In this document: in pieces, positions 56,066 through 64,000 of the stretch
Numbering within the stretch: position 1 is the first letter of the stretch
How the letters are laid out: every line of letters begins with the position of its first letter
Assembly: GCA_038064875.1 (NCBI GenBank)
Contig: JBBTSC010000001.1
Coordinates: forward strand, 315,004 to 379,003
DNA: 64,000 bases
Origin: Patescibacteria group bacterium
Lineage (GTDB): Bacteria > Patescibacteriota > Saccharimonadia > Saccharimonadales > 2-12-FULL-41-12
Direction: 5' to 3'
Position numbers and translations under genes: made by a program
The notes under the pieces: generated by a model
What the model saw: the letters and a program-made list of their open reading frames with translations, nothing else
Databases searched by the model: none
What the model was told of the DNA's origin: nothing

Positions 56066-56074
56066 TGATATAAT
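56066..56074 (+). promoter_or_regulatory. extended -10 element TGATATAAT
   Basis: Located 32 nt upstream of ATG 56106. Confidence 0.35.
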
Positions 56075-56105
56075 AGTTGATCCAAGTGCAAGAATATTAT
56101 AGATT

Positions 56106-56450
56106 ATGGAAAAAAGAGAAATACCTGAACCCATCAAAGCCCTAGCCGAAGAACTTATCGCGAAGCCCCGGATTTTGAAAGAATATAGCGGAGGAAACAG
56201 CACGTCTTTTATGATAAGAACTCGGGGATTCTCTATGCCTATGTCAGGCCCAAGCATTCAACAACAGATGGAAGACATTAAAACGGCTATACATGAGCAT
56301 CCTAGTGCACAGTTTGATCCAAATTGGGAAATTGACCACATTGAAGAACTTGAGAGAGGAGATGCCAGAAGAAAATATATATTTAGACCTTTCGCACTCC
56401 AAATAATATTAAAGCCGACTGATTTGGCTAAGATAAATGGTGGATTTTAA
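56106..56450 (+). CDS. hypothetical protein
   Basis: 114-aa ORF with no SD and no recognised family. Its own extended -10 element lies upstream. Confidence 0.4.
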   Translation: MEKREIPEPIKALAEELIAKPRILKEYSGGNSTSFMIRTRGFSMPMSGPSIQQQMEDIKTAIHEHPSAQFDPNWEIDHIEELERGDARRKYIFRPFALQIILKPTDLAKINGGF

Positions 56451-56564
56451 AAACCCTACTTTTCAGTAGGGCTCTCACATAAGACTCCCATTCAACCTTA
56501 GCTTTTGGTTAAACGCTCGCAGACGAAGTCAAATCTCTTTGTAACTTCTATAACAATTATACCA
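56449..56564 (-). ncRNA. candidate small RNA (about 100 nt) with its own promoter and intrinsic terminator
   Basis: On the minus strand: TTGAAT-16 nt-TGGTATAAT (the -10 at 56561-56556), then about 80 nt, then hairpin CCCUACU-GAAA-AGUAGGG (56471-56454) followed by UUUUU (56453-56449). The GNRA loop and U tract exist only in the minus-strand reading. Confidence 0.35.
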
Positions 56565-56656
56565 CGAAGGATGGTTGATTCAAGCATAAGTAATTTATGA
56601 TTATATACTCTTTTTGACAATTATATTATTTCTTGCTATTGTAATACTTAATAATT

Positions 56657-57226
56657 ATGAATAGATTATCTGCTAAAGAAGGACTTCGCCAGGTTGCGCT
56701 ATACGGTTTAACCGTTGGCGGATTTGCTGTTGCTCTTGCAGGGTGTAGCGAAACAAAAAAAGTCCTACCATCAAGTGCTCAGTGTTCTGATATAGCAAGA
56801 AGTACCAGTGAAAACCCAGGACGCACAAGCGACTATGCGCTTATAGCAACTGCGGATGAATGTGCAAAAATAAAAAGAACTAGATTATTTGCAGAATGTC
56901 CTGGAGGCCAAGATATCAATGCAAAAGTAGATACAGAGTTCTCAGCTACGCTAACATGTCAAGGCGATGGATCGAATCCTAGAATATATAGGATGAGTGA
57001 TGAGTGGCAAAGTTCCACGATTCCTTCTGCTGATTTTGCAAAAGGAATGATTGAAAAATACCCAAACAGCACATTAGTTGAAGTAACAACCCCAAACACA
57101 GAGCCTTTAGATTCAAATAATGGTGGATTTACTTTTGATTATTATGGTACCGACCCCGTAGTTATGCACACAGATGAGAAACTCCCTATACTAGGGATAG
57201 CTTCTCTAAGACCTGGTTCTGAATAA
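56657..57226 (+). CDS. putative lipoprotein, hypothetical
   Basis: Lipobox VALAGC after a hydrophobic signal sequence. Six Cys in the mature part. Confidence 0.55.
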   Translation: MNRLSAKEGLRQVALYGLTVGGFAVALAGCSETKKVLPSSAQCSDIARSTSENPGRTSDYALIATADECAKIKRTRLFAECPGGQDINAKVDTEFSATLTCQGDGSNPRIYRMSDEWQSSTIPSADFAKGMIEKYPNSTLVEVTTPNTEPLDSNNGGFTFDYYGTDPVVMHTDEKLPILGIASLRPGSE

Positions 57227-57233
57227 AGACTTT

Positions 57234-57683
57234 TTAGACGTCTAGATCATCAAGCTCGGCAAGTTCTTGCCGAGTTTTATCGTAGCTAGAAGTTTCGCTT
57301 GGTTTTTCTTCTTCTGGCTCTTCGCTGGAAGCTTTTTCTTCTGTAGGTTCTGCTTTCTCATCAGAAGCTGTCGCATCACCCCAACCACCAGAATTTTCTG
57401 AAGATTCGCGTCTCTCAGTTCTTTCCGGGCGTGGCTCACCGTTATCAACTATTTTCAAATTATATCGAGCTTCATTTTTAGTGCCAAGTGCTCTTAGAAG
57501 TGTTCTCAGACTCTGCGCAGTTGCACCTTTTTTGCCAATAACTCTTCCTAGATCGTCAGGTGAGACCGTAAGCTCTAAAAGAACACCTTTCTCATCAATT
57601 GTCCGGACTACCTGGACCGCATCTGGATTACTGACTAGTGACTTTACTACAAACTCAACAAATTGCTGATCAATACTGTTCAT
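57234..57683 (-). CDS. KH-domain RNA-binding protein (KhpA/YlqC-like) with long acidic C-terminal tail
   Basis: LGRVIGKKGATAQSLRTLL contains the GxxG KH motif. The C-terminal ~70 aa are E/S/P-rich. Confidence 0.8.
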   Translation of the reverse strand: MNSIDQQFVEFVVKSLVSNPDAVQVVRTIDEKGVLLELTVSPDDLGRVIGKKGATAQSLRTLLRALGTKNEARYNLKIVDNGEPRPERTERRESSENSGGWGDATASDEKAEPTEEKASSEEPEEEKPSETSSYDKTRQELAELDDLDV

Positions 57684-57717
57684 GAATTACTCCTTGGTTG
57701 TTAATCTATCAATCTAA

Positions 57718-57726
57718 ATTATAGCA
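57718..57726 (-). promoter_or_regulatory. extended -10 element TGCTATAAT between rpsP and the KH gene
   Basis: Plus strand attatagca is the reverse complement of TGCTATAAT. Confidence 0.35.
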
Positions 57727-57773
57727 AAGTATGCTAATGTTTAACAACTACTTAGAAAGCTCTATCTGTCGAA

Positions 57774-58268
57774 TTATTTTTCTTCAGCCGGTTCTTCAGA
57801 TGCAGGCTCGGCTTCAGTAACTTCTTCAGCCTTTTCTTCTGCTGGTTCTTCAGTAGCTACTTCAGGCGTCTCGTCACTTTTAGATTCGGTTGCAGGTGTT
57901 GCGTCTTCTGCTTTTGGCTCTTCAGCTTCAGCTGGTTTTTCCTCAACTGGTTCCGCTGGACGATTCTTCCGAAGTTTTTCAGGATTTTTAACAGATTTCT
58001 TTGCGGGTTCATCGATTTTAACCCACTTTGGAATCTTTATGCCCTCAGATTTGAACAAAGCGACTACACGACCACTCGGATGTGCACCGTTGTCCAGGTA
58101 TTTCTGGGCTAAGTCTTTCTTGAGTGCAACTTCTTTGGTGTGAGGGTTATAGTTGCCAAGCATAGCAATAACCTTACCACTTGTTGGTGTTTGTCTCTTG
58201 TCTTGAACAACCATTCGATAGGTTGGGTAGCCTTTTCGGCCTAGCCGTTGCATTCTGATGCTTAACAT
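57774..58268 (-). CDS. rpsP: 30S ribosomal protein S16 with about 80-aa acidic PAEE-type C-terminal extension
   Basis: MLSIRMQRLGRKGYPTYRMVV is the S16 N-terminus. The C-terminus repeats EEPAEEK-type units. Confidence 0.92.
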   Translation of the reverse strand: MLSIRMQRLGRKGYPTYRMVVQDKRQTPTSGKVIAMLGNYNPHTKEVALKKDLAQKYLDNGAHPSGRVVALFKSEGIKIPKWVKIDEPAKKSVKNPEKLRKNRPAEPVEEKPAEAEEPKAEDATPATESKSDETPEVATEEPAEEKAEEVTEAEPASEEPAEEK

Positions 58269-58336
58269 AAATTAGAACAAAATCTCACTTTCCTGATGAT
58301 ACATTAACGTTTTGATATATAATCTTACCTGTAATT

Positions 58337-59077
58337 TTAACTTTTCTTCCTCTGATTGTCAAGATTGATATTATCTTGAACACTTCTGTAATACTCTAGA
58401 GCCTCTGCCGCTGCCTTCTGTTGGGCAATTTGCTTGCTCGGTCCCACGCCCTGACCGCGCAGTTTTTCACCCACAAATACACCCACGGTGAACGTTTTAT
58501 CATGGTCTGGACCATCTTCATTTAGAACACGATAAGCTGGTGTAAAACCTTCTATACTTTGGGAAAGTTCTTGTAAATAACTCTTTGAATCCATCCACGA
58601 ACCAGTTGCCAAGATTTCTGGTAATGTCACAACCAATGTGTCCATAATAAACTTTTTACTGACATCATAACCCTGATCGAGATAGATTGCGCCGATCACC
58701 GCCTCATATGTGTTAGCTAATATCTGCGCTCTTGCTCTATCAGAGCCTCTCTTTTCACCCCGGCTTAGGCGCAGTAGTGGCTCAAAGTCGAGTTTTGTAG
58801 CTGCATCACCAATGCTTTCTGTCCTCACCAAGGCACTACGCCAGTTAGTCAGAATTCCTTCAGCCTCTTTATAGCTAAGGTAAAGATACTCGGTAACTAC
58901 GAGTTCAAGTACTGCATCTCCTAGAAACTCTAATCTTTCATTATGCTCTTTGACCGTTTTTTTGTGCTCATTTAGATAAGATCTATGTGTGAAAGCTGTT
59001 ACTAGGATATTAATGTCGTTAAAATTTACCTTAAGTTTTTGTTTAGAAAATTCTAAGTATTTTGAAACATCGAACAT
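58337..59077 (-). CDS. rnc: ribonuclease III
   Basis: Signature ERLEFLGDAVLELVV and a C-terminal dsRBD (GPDHDKTFTV...GPSKQIAQQKAA). Confidence 0.9.
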   Translation of the reverse strand: MFDVSKYLEFSKQKLKVNFNDINILVTAFTHRSYLNEHKKTVKEHNERLEFLGDAVLELVVTEYLYLSYKEAEGILTNWRSALVRTESIGDAATKLDFEPLLRLSRGEKRGSDRARAQILANTYEAVIGAIYLDQGYDVSKKFIMDTLVVTLPEILATGSWMDSKSYLQELSQSIEGFTPAYRVLNEDGPDHDKTFTVGVFVGEKLRGQGVGPSKQIAQQKAAAEALEYYRSVQDNINLDNQRKKS

Positions 59078-59079
59078 AA

Positions 59080-59583
59080 CTATAACTTCTGATCTCTTAT
59101 CTTTTTAAGTCCAATCAAAATCAGCTTTCCGATATCTTCATACTCAATTTTATCTAGTGCCTCATTCGCAGGGAACCATTTAATCCCATTCATCCACTCT
59201 TCTGGTTTTAATTTAGAGCTGTCGCCTTCTGCTCGTACCAAAAATATTTCTGTAGTCATCAGTACCAGACTAGTCACACGACGATAACGGAAATTGATTT
59301 TACCTAAATAGCTGAGAACTGTCATTTCCTGAAGACCTGTCTCTTCACGTATTTCCCGCTCTGCAGTTTGCTTAGCTGTCTCGCCCTCCTCAATATGCCC
59401 TTTGGGTATAGTCCATCTATTTTTTGCATCTTGGATTAGTAGAATTTCTATTTGATTTTTTTGATCACGACGAAAAATCATACCACCACTAGTTGGCTCC
59501 TTGACTACTTCTTTGATGATAAAATTTTTCCTCGGGAAGAATTTCTTAATCTTGTCGATATTCGTTTTTGGCTTTTTAGCCAT
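59080..59583 (-). CDS. NUDIX hydrolase
   Basis: Nudix box GHIEEGETAKQTAEREIREETGL. Lies 2 nt upstream of rnc. Confidence 0.8.
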   Translation of the reverse strand: MAKKPKTNIDKIKKFFPRKNFIIKEVVKEPTSGGMIFRRDQKNQIEILLIQDAKNRWTIPKGHIEEGETAKQTAEREIREETGLQEMTVLSYLGKINFRYRRVTSLVLMTTEIFLVRAEGDSSKLKPEEWMNGIKWFPANEALDKIEYEDIGKLILIGLKKIRDQKL

Positions 59584-59607
59584 GATATCCTCCAGATCTG
59601 TTAATTA

Positions 59608-60063
59608 TTATTTTTTGGCTTTATCGCCAAATTCGTCAGGCTTTAGTTGCTTCAGAAAACTACCCAGCACTCCATTAACGAATTTGGAAGAATTATCACC
59701 ACCAAAATTCTTTGCTAACTCTACCGCCTCGTTGATAACAACTTTTGGTGGTACATCTTGGTGGTATTGCAGTTCGTAAGCACCGATCTCTAAGATTGTT
59801 CTGTCAATCCTGGCTATTTGCTCAATCGGCCAATCAGGGGCTAATGGTTGCAACTGTTTGTCTAGTCTACTAGCAAGCCGGTGAACGTTCACTATTAAAC
59901 TCTTAGCAAATTCTTTGTCGTTGACCGCCGATTTATACCTATCAATGTTACGATCAAATATCTCATCGATATCAACACTTTCGTCTTCGGCACTTTTACG
60001 AAAATCAAATTCATATAAAGTTTGAAGGACTATTATTCTACTAAGATGCCTGTTCGATGCCAT
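59608..60063 (-). CDS. nusB: transcription antitermination factor NusB
   Basis: [17 protein letters not shown] and [26 protein letters not shown], the typical NusB blocks. Confidence 0.85.
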   Translation of the reverse strand: MASNRHLSRIIVLQTLYEFDFRKSAEDESVDIDEIFDRNIDRYKSAVNDKEFAKSLIVNVHRLASRLDKQLQPLAPDWPIEQIARIDRTILEIGAYELQYHQDVPPKVVINEAVELAKNFGGDNSSKFVNGVLGSFLKQLKPDEFGDKAKK

Positions 60064-60123
60064 ATTGTTAATTCTACTTCTGCTTTTATTTTACTTTTAT
60101 TTTACTAAAAAATCCAGTTTGGC

Positions 60124-60264
60124 TCAGGCTTTTGGAGATTCTTTTTTGGTTGTGAAGGCCTTGATCGGACTTTTTGCATTAACTGCACGTGCCAATTTAA
60201 GCGCAAGATGGCTACGTCGAAGTCCAGTCTTACGATGGCTTGTTCGCTTTTTTGGTTTTCCCAT
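60124..60264 (-). CDS. rpmF: 50S ribosomal protein L32 (46 aa, absent from the ORF track)
   Basis: Hand translation of the minus strand gives MGKPKKRTSHRKTGLRRSHLALKLARAVNAKSPIKAFTTKKESPKA. The PKKRTS...RRSH.AL core is the L32 signature. It lies antisense to the spurious 60065..60289 ORF. Confidence 0.8.
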   Translation of the reverse strand: MGKPKKRTSHRKTGLRRSHLALKLARAVNAKSPIKAFTTKKESPKA

Positions 60265-60347
60265 ATGGTATGTCCCTTTCTATCCTTGAGCCCTAGGCTC
60301 TTCTTGGATTTGCAACTTTATTTCATAGCAATTATAGCGTAGAAGTC

Positions 60348-62777
60348 TCAGATAACGAAATTAACTAGCTTGCCTGGAACGAATATAACCTTCTTGATTG
60401 ACTTACCTTCCAGGTGTTTTGAGACATTATTTTCAGACCTGGCTTGATTTTCGATAAACTCTTTGTCAGAATCTTTACTTACCTTAATTGTCGCACGAAG
60501 TTTTCCGTTGACCTGAATCACTATATTGATATTTTCCTGCTCAAGATACTTATCATTATGAGTTGGCCAGCTACCAACCTGTACGCTAGATTTATTGCCT
60601 AGCTGAGTCCACAGTTCGTCAGCAATATGTGGGGCAAATGGTGCAACACAGGCGACTAAACTACCGAGGGTCTCTTGCCAAGCTGTATTTTTTGCAAGAG
60701 AAGTTGTCTTTAATTTGTAGAGGTCATTAACCGCCCCCATAGCACTGGCAATAGCCGTGTTATATCGATTTTCTTCGATATCTTCACTCATTTTTTTGAT
60801 GGTCGAGTGAGTTATTCGCAAGAGTTCTTTTTCAACCTTTTGATCAACAGAAACTTCTTTTGCCTCAAGATATTCCTGTACGAGTGTCCAGAGTCTTGAT
60901 AAGAATCTATAGGTTCCCGGCACGCCTTGTGAATCCCACCGTGCGCCGAATTCTAGTGGCGCAGCGAACATTAGATATGTCCGAAGTGCGTCAGCACCGT
61001 ATCCTTGATCAATAATCTCAAGTGGATCAACGCCGTTGCCTTTTGACTTACTAAAGGCGCTACCGTCGGTGGCTGTTACTTTGCCGTTGAAAAGCATATG
61101 TTTGAACGGCTCTGGATTATCGACAATCCCAATTTTGGTGAAGAATCTGGCGATAAACCTCGCATATAGCAAGTGAGCTGTCGCATGGTCTCCACCGTTA
61201 TAGAAATCGATCGGCGCCCATTTGTTGGCAATATCTGAGTCAAAAATTTTCTTCTCGTTCTTTGGGTCAAAATATCGGTACATATACCAACTGCTACAGA
61301 TATATGTGTCGAGTGTGTCTGTTTCTCTCTCACCCTTGCCACCGCACTCAGGGCAATCCACTGTGAGCCAATCTTTGGCCCGGGCCAAGGCGCTTCGTCC
61401 GTCACCACTTGGCTGGAAATCATCAAGCTCTGGTAGTATTACAGGCAACTGATCATCCGGCACAAGAACTGTCCCACATTTTTTGCAGTTTACTATTGGG
61501 ATCGGTGCACCCCAGTACCTTTGACGGCTCACACTCCAGTCGCGCATTTTGTAATTAACTTTTTCTGTCCCAAATTTTTTAGTAATTTGCTCTCGTGCCT
61601 CAGATGAAGCTACTCCGTCAAATTCATCAGAATTCATCAAGACACCTTCTTCGTGAGTACATTCGTCGTCATCGGCACTATTCTTAATTACTCTGATTAT
61701 TGGCAGATCAAATTTCTTTGCGAATTCATTGTCACGTTCATCATGGGCTGGTACCGCCATGATTGCACCTGTTCCGTAACCCGTTAATACATAGTCAGCG
61801 ATCCAGACAGGAATTTCCTCCTTATTTACCGGATTTATAGCATACGCACCAGTGAACACTCCTGTCTTTTCTTTGCTTGCTTGACGCTCAATCTCAGACT
61901 TTTGCTGGGCTTCTTTTATATACTCATCGACTTTAGATTTTTGAGAATCTGTAGTGATTTTTGAGACCAGTTCATGCTCTGGTGCCAGCACCATAAAGGT
62001 TGCACCAAACAATGTATCCGGGCGTGTGGTAAATACTTTGATTGAATCTTTACTGTCTTTAACCTTGAAGTCAACTTCTGCGCCGACACTTCGCCCAATC
62101 CAGTTTTTTTGTGCTAACTTAACACTCTCTGTCCAATCAAGTTCATCAGTAGCTTCCAACAGTTCATCTGCATATTCGGTAATTTTGAAAAACCATTGCT
62201 TGACTTCTTTTTTCTCAACTACCCCATCATCTGCACCATCATGTCGCCAACACTTTCCATCTATCACTTGTTCGTTTGCTAGAACTGTCTGACATTTATC
62301 ACACCACCACTGCATCCGCGCATCTTGATATGCAAGTTTGTTCTTGTACATCTGAGCAAAGATCCATTGCGTCCATTTGTAATATTCAGGAGTATGGGTA
62401 GCAATTTCTTTAGACCAGTCATTGCTCCAGCCCATGGCTTTGTATTGCTTGTGATAGCTCGGGATAATCTTTGACATACTCTGCTGTGGAGACACCCCGG
62501 CTTTGATAGCATAATTCTCCGCAGGCAAACCAAATGAATCCCAACCAACAGGGTGATAACTTTCATAACCTTGTTGCCTCTTAAATCTAGCCTTCACATC
62601 GCTGATCGTGTAGTTCATGGCGTGACCAATGTGGATTCCTGCGCCACTTGGGTAGTTGAACATACTCATGGCGATATATTTAGGCTTTGAGCTATTCAGA
62701 TCTGCTTTGTAAACGCCTTTTTCTTCCCAAATTTTCTGCCATTTGGGCTCAACATCTTTCGGATTGTATCTCTGCAT
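60348..62777 (-). CDS. leuS: leucine--tRNA ligase
   Basis: 809 aa. HIGH (GIHIGHAMNY), CP1 editing region, and a KMSKS-like FSKSKGNGVDP. Confidence 0.95.
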   Translation of the reverse strand: MQRYNPKDVEPKWQKIWEEKGVYKADLNSSKPKYIAMSMFNYPSGAGIHIGHAMNYTISDVKARFKRQQGYESYHPVGWDSFGLPAENYAIKAGVSPQQSMSKIIPSYHKQYKAMGWSNDWSKEIATHTPEYYKWTQWIFAQMYKNKLAYQDARMQWWCDKCQTVLANEQVIDGKCWRHDGADDGVVEKKEVKQWFFKITEYADELLEATDELDWTESVKLAQKNWIGRSVGAEVDFKVKDSKDSIKVFTTRPDTLFGATFMVLAPEHELVSKITTDSQKSKVDEYIKEAQQKSEIERQASKEKTGVFTGAYAINPVNKEEIPVWIADYVLTGYGTGAIMAVPAHDERDNEFAKKFDLPIIRVIKNSADDDECTHEEGVLMNSDEFDGVASSEAREQITKKFGTEKVNYKMRDWSVSRQRYWGAPIPIVNCKKCGTVLVPDDQLPVILPELDDFQPSGDGRSALARAKDWLTVDCPECGGKGERETDTLDTYICSSWYMYRYFDPKNEKKIFDSDIANKWAPIDFYNGGDHATAHLLYARFIARFFTKIGIVDNPEPFKHMLFNGKVTATDGSAFSKSKGNGVDPLEIIDQGYGADALRTYLMFAAPLEFGARWDSQGVPGTYRFLSRLWTLVQEYLEAKEVSVDQKVEKELLRITHSTIKKMSEDIEENRYNTAIASAMGAVNDLYKLKTTSLAKNTAWQETLGSLVACVAPFAPHIADELWTQLGNKSSVQVGSWPTHNDKYLEQENINIVIQVNGKLRATIKVSKDSDKEFIENQARSENNVSKHLEGKSIKKVIFVPGKLVNFVI

Positions 62778-62800
62778 AGGGATATTTTAACAGATATCAA

Positions 62801-63706
62801 TTAGTTTTGGGTATTTGAGGCTAGTTCTATTAGATAATCAACAAAACCCGTCATGCTCATACCTGACACTTGGGCTGACTTTGGGAATAGGCTTTGAGTA
62901 GTCATACCAGGCATTGTATTAACCTCCAGGACATACATTTGGCCTCGCTGATCAATGATAATATCTACCCTGGACAAGTGACGACAACCGAGTATATCAT
63001 GGGCTTTCTTTGCAACCACTTGGGCATTTTTCTGCAAATCTGATGCAACATTTTCACTTGGACAAATCTCTTGGGTTTTTCCGTTATACTTATTGTTATA
63101 GTCAAAAAATTCGCCCTCCGGAGGTACAATTTCAATCAGCGGTAATTCCTTGCCCTCAAGTACCGGGACTGTAACTTCCACGCCAGATATGAAATCCTCA
63201 ACCATCATACTGCCATGCGTATCAAAAGCCTTTTTTATCTGATCTGTTCTAGGATCATCTGGTCTGACATCAATAAAAGTATTTAGACTTGACCCTCCAT
63301 CATTAGGCTTAACCACATGTCTTTTATTTATAAAGTCGCTTTCCTGATATTGCTGATAGGTGAGAGCTCCGAAATCAGGAACCAATATGTTTTGTGATTT
63401 TAGCAATTCCTGAGTAGCCTTTTTATCAATACAAATTTTGCTGGACCGAGAATCTGATCCTAAATATTTTATATTGGCTTTCTCTAAAATAGACTGAATC
63501 TGACCGTCTTCACCCCCAACTCCGTGCAAAATAGGCAACGCGACATCAAAATTTGCTAGGTTATCGTTGAGCCACTGTTCCCCGCCATCCCAATCATAGA
63601 AGAACTTATCATGAATAGTACTTATAGCGTCAAATATACTCCTGGAAGACTTCAGCGAAACCTCACGTTCGTTACTTATACCGCCACCGATTACTAATAT
63701 TCTCAT
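62801..63706 (-). CDS. ddl: D-alanine--D-alanine ligase
   Basis: MRILVIGGGISNEREVSLKS, ILHGVGGEDGQIQ and a C-terminal EVNTMPGMT ATP-grasp motif. Confidence 0.9.
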   Translation of the reverse strand: MRILVIGGGISNEREVSLKSSRSIFDAISTIHDKFFYDWDGGEQWLNDNLANFDVALPILHGVGGEDGQIQSILEKANIKYLGSDSRSSKICIDKKATQELLKSQNILVPDFGALTYQQYQESDFINKRHVVKPNDGGSSLNTFIDVRPDDPRTDQIKKAFDTHGSMMVEDFISGVEVTVPVLEGKELPLIEIVPPEGEFFDYNNKYNGKTQEICPSENVASDLQKNAQVVAKKAHDILGCRHLSRVDIIIDQRGQMYVLEVNTMPGMTTQSLFPKSAQVSGMSMTGFVDYLIELASNTQN

Positions 63707-64000
63707 TTTGCTTTAAAACTCTTCTTTTTCTTATTTATCCAGTCCTTAGATTGACGGACTAAATTCATACTATCATCTTTATTGGCCAGGATATATTTGA
63801 CTGCTTCTTCCAGATAAACTCCGTTTTGCGATCCTTTAAACAGTAACGCCGTGTCTTTAAGATCCTTGCCTGCAAGGTATTCCCCTATCTCATAAGGCGT
63901 GTTGAAAGCTTTGGTATTTTTTTTGCCAGAGGTATTCATAGCATCTTGAATATACTTATTAGCGTCAGGACCAATCGTCAACACTTCGCTGAAATCTTTT
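63703..64000 (-). CDS. murF: Mur ligase C-terminal fragment (MurF-like), 5' end outside window
   Basis: The frame is open to the window edge. LLFKGSQNGVYLEEAV resembles the MurF C-terminal (L)VKGSR...E block. ATGA-type overlap with ddl, which matches the common murF-ddl order. Confidence 0.55.
   Translation of the reverse strand, partial: KDFSEVLTIGPDANKYIQDAMNTSGKKNTKAFNTPYEIGEYLAGKDLKDTALLFKGSQNGVYLEEAVKYILANKDDSMNLVRQSKDWINKKKKSFKAK

Noticed and set aside
60083-60104. Tandem 11-bp duplication as a possible CRISPR or satellite array
   Set aside because: There are only two AT-rich copies with no spacers. I saw no CRISPR-like array anywhere in the window.
60065-60289. 74-aa plus-strand ORF from the track
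   Set aside because: Its composition is odd (L/F/R-rich). It lies exactly antisense to a clear L32 gene (60124-60264, minus), so I consider it spurious.
1-64000. Alternative genetic code (UGA recoding, as in some candidate phyla)
   Set aside because: TGA terminates several well-defined genes at the expected length (purC, guaA, pheS, rpmF). Conserved proteins are full length under the standard code.

Overview
This is a dense, AT-rich segment of a streamlined bacterial chromosome. I call about 65 protein genes, one tRNA and one riboswitch. Intergenic gaps are short, and many gene pairs share 4-nt ATGA/GTGA start/stop overlaps. The standard genetic code applies, since TGA is used as a stop (for example at purC and guaA). 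I found no rRNA, CRISPR array, transposase, integrase or prophage. Most of the content is housekeeping. It includes a purine block (purC-purB-guaA-purA) that converges on two tandem archaeal-type purP genes. It also includes trxB with an nrdH-like gene, pheS/pheT, typA, metK behind a SAM-I riboswitch, tRNA-Gln(CUG), carAB, tyrS, pheA, sodA, trmD, rpsP, rnc, nusB, rpmF (missed by the ORF track), leuS, ddl and a partial murF. Accessory content includes a ZIP/Zur pair, an OmpR-type two-component system, an aquaporin, NDH-2, and a TPP-enzyme/succinate-semialdehyde dehydrogenase pair. There are also several N-terminally anchored envelope proteins, including an HExxHxxGxxD protease-like protein and a beta-propeller protein. 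The gene content (archaeal-type PurP, eukaryote-like long GMP synthase, pilin-like gene, many orphan secreted proteins) suggests a Patescibacteria/CPR (Saccharibacteria-like) genome, but that is inference only. The items I consider most worth follow-up are: the tandem PurP paralogs; the eukaryote-like GuaA; the 2-oxoglutarate-decarboxylase-like/SSADH pair; a serine hydrolase translationally coupled inside pheS-pheT; a candidate small RNA with its own promoter and terminator in an interrupted rpsP-trmD locus; a homopolymer-associated frameshifted ORF; a 123-bp palindromic element between the nrdH-like gene and trxB; and a TyrRS with a degenerate HIGH motif. I could not identify one clear novel multi-gene system. 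Family assignments rest on motifs I recognise by eye or from memory and have not been checked by any search.
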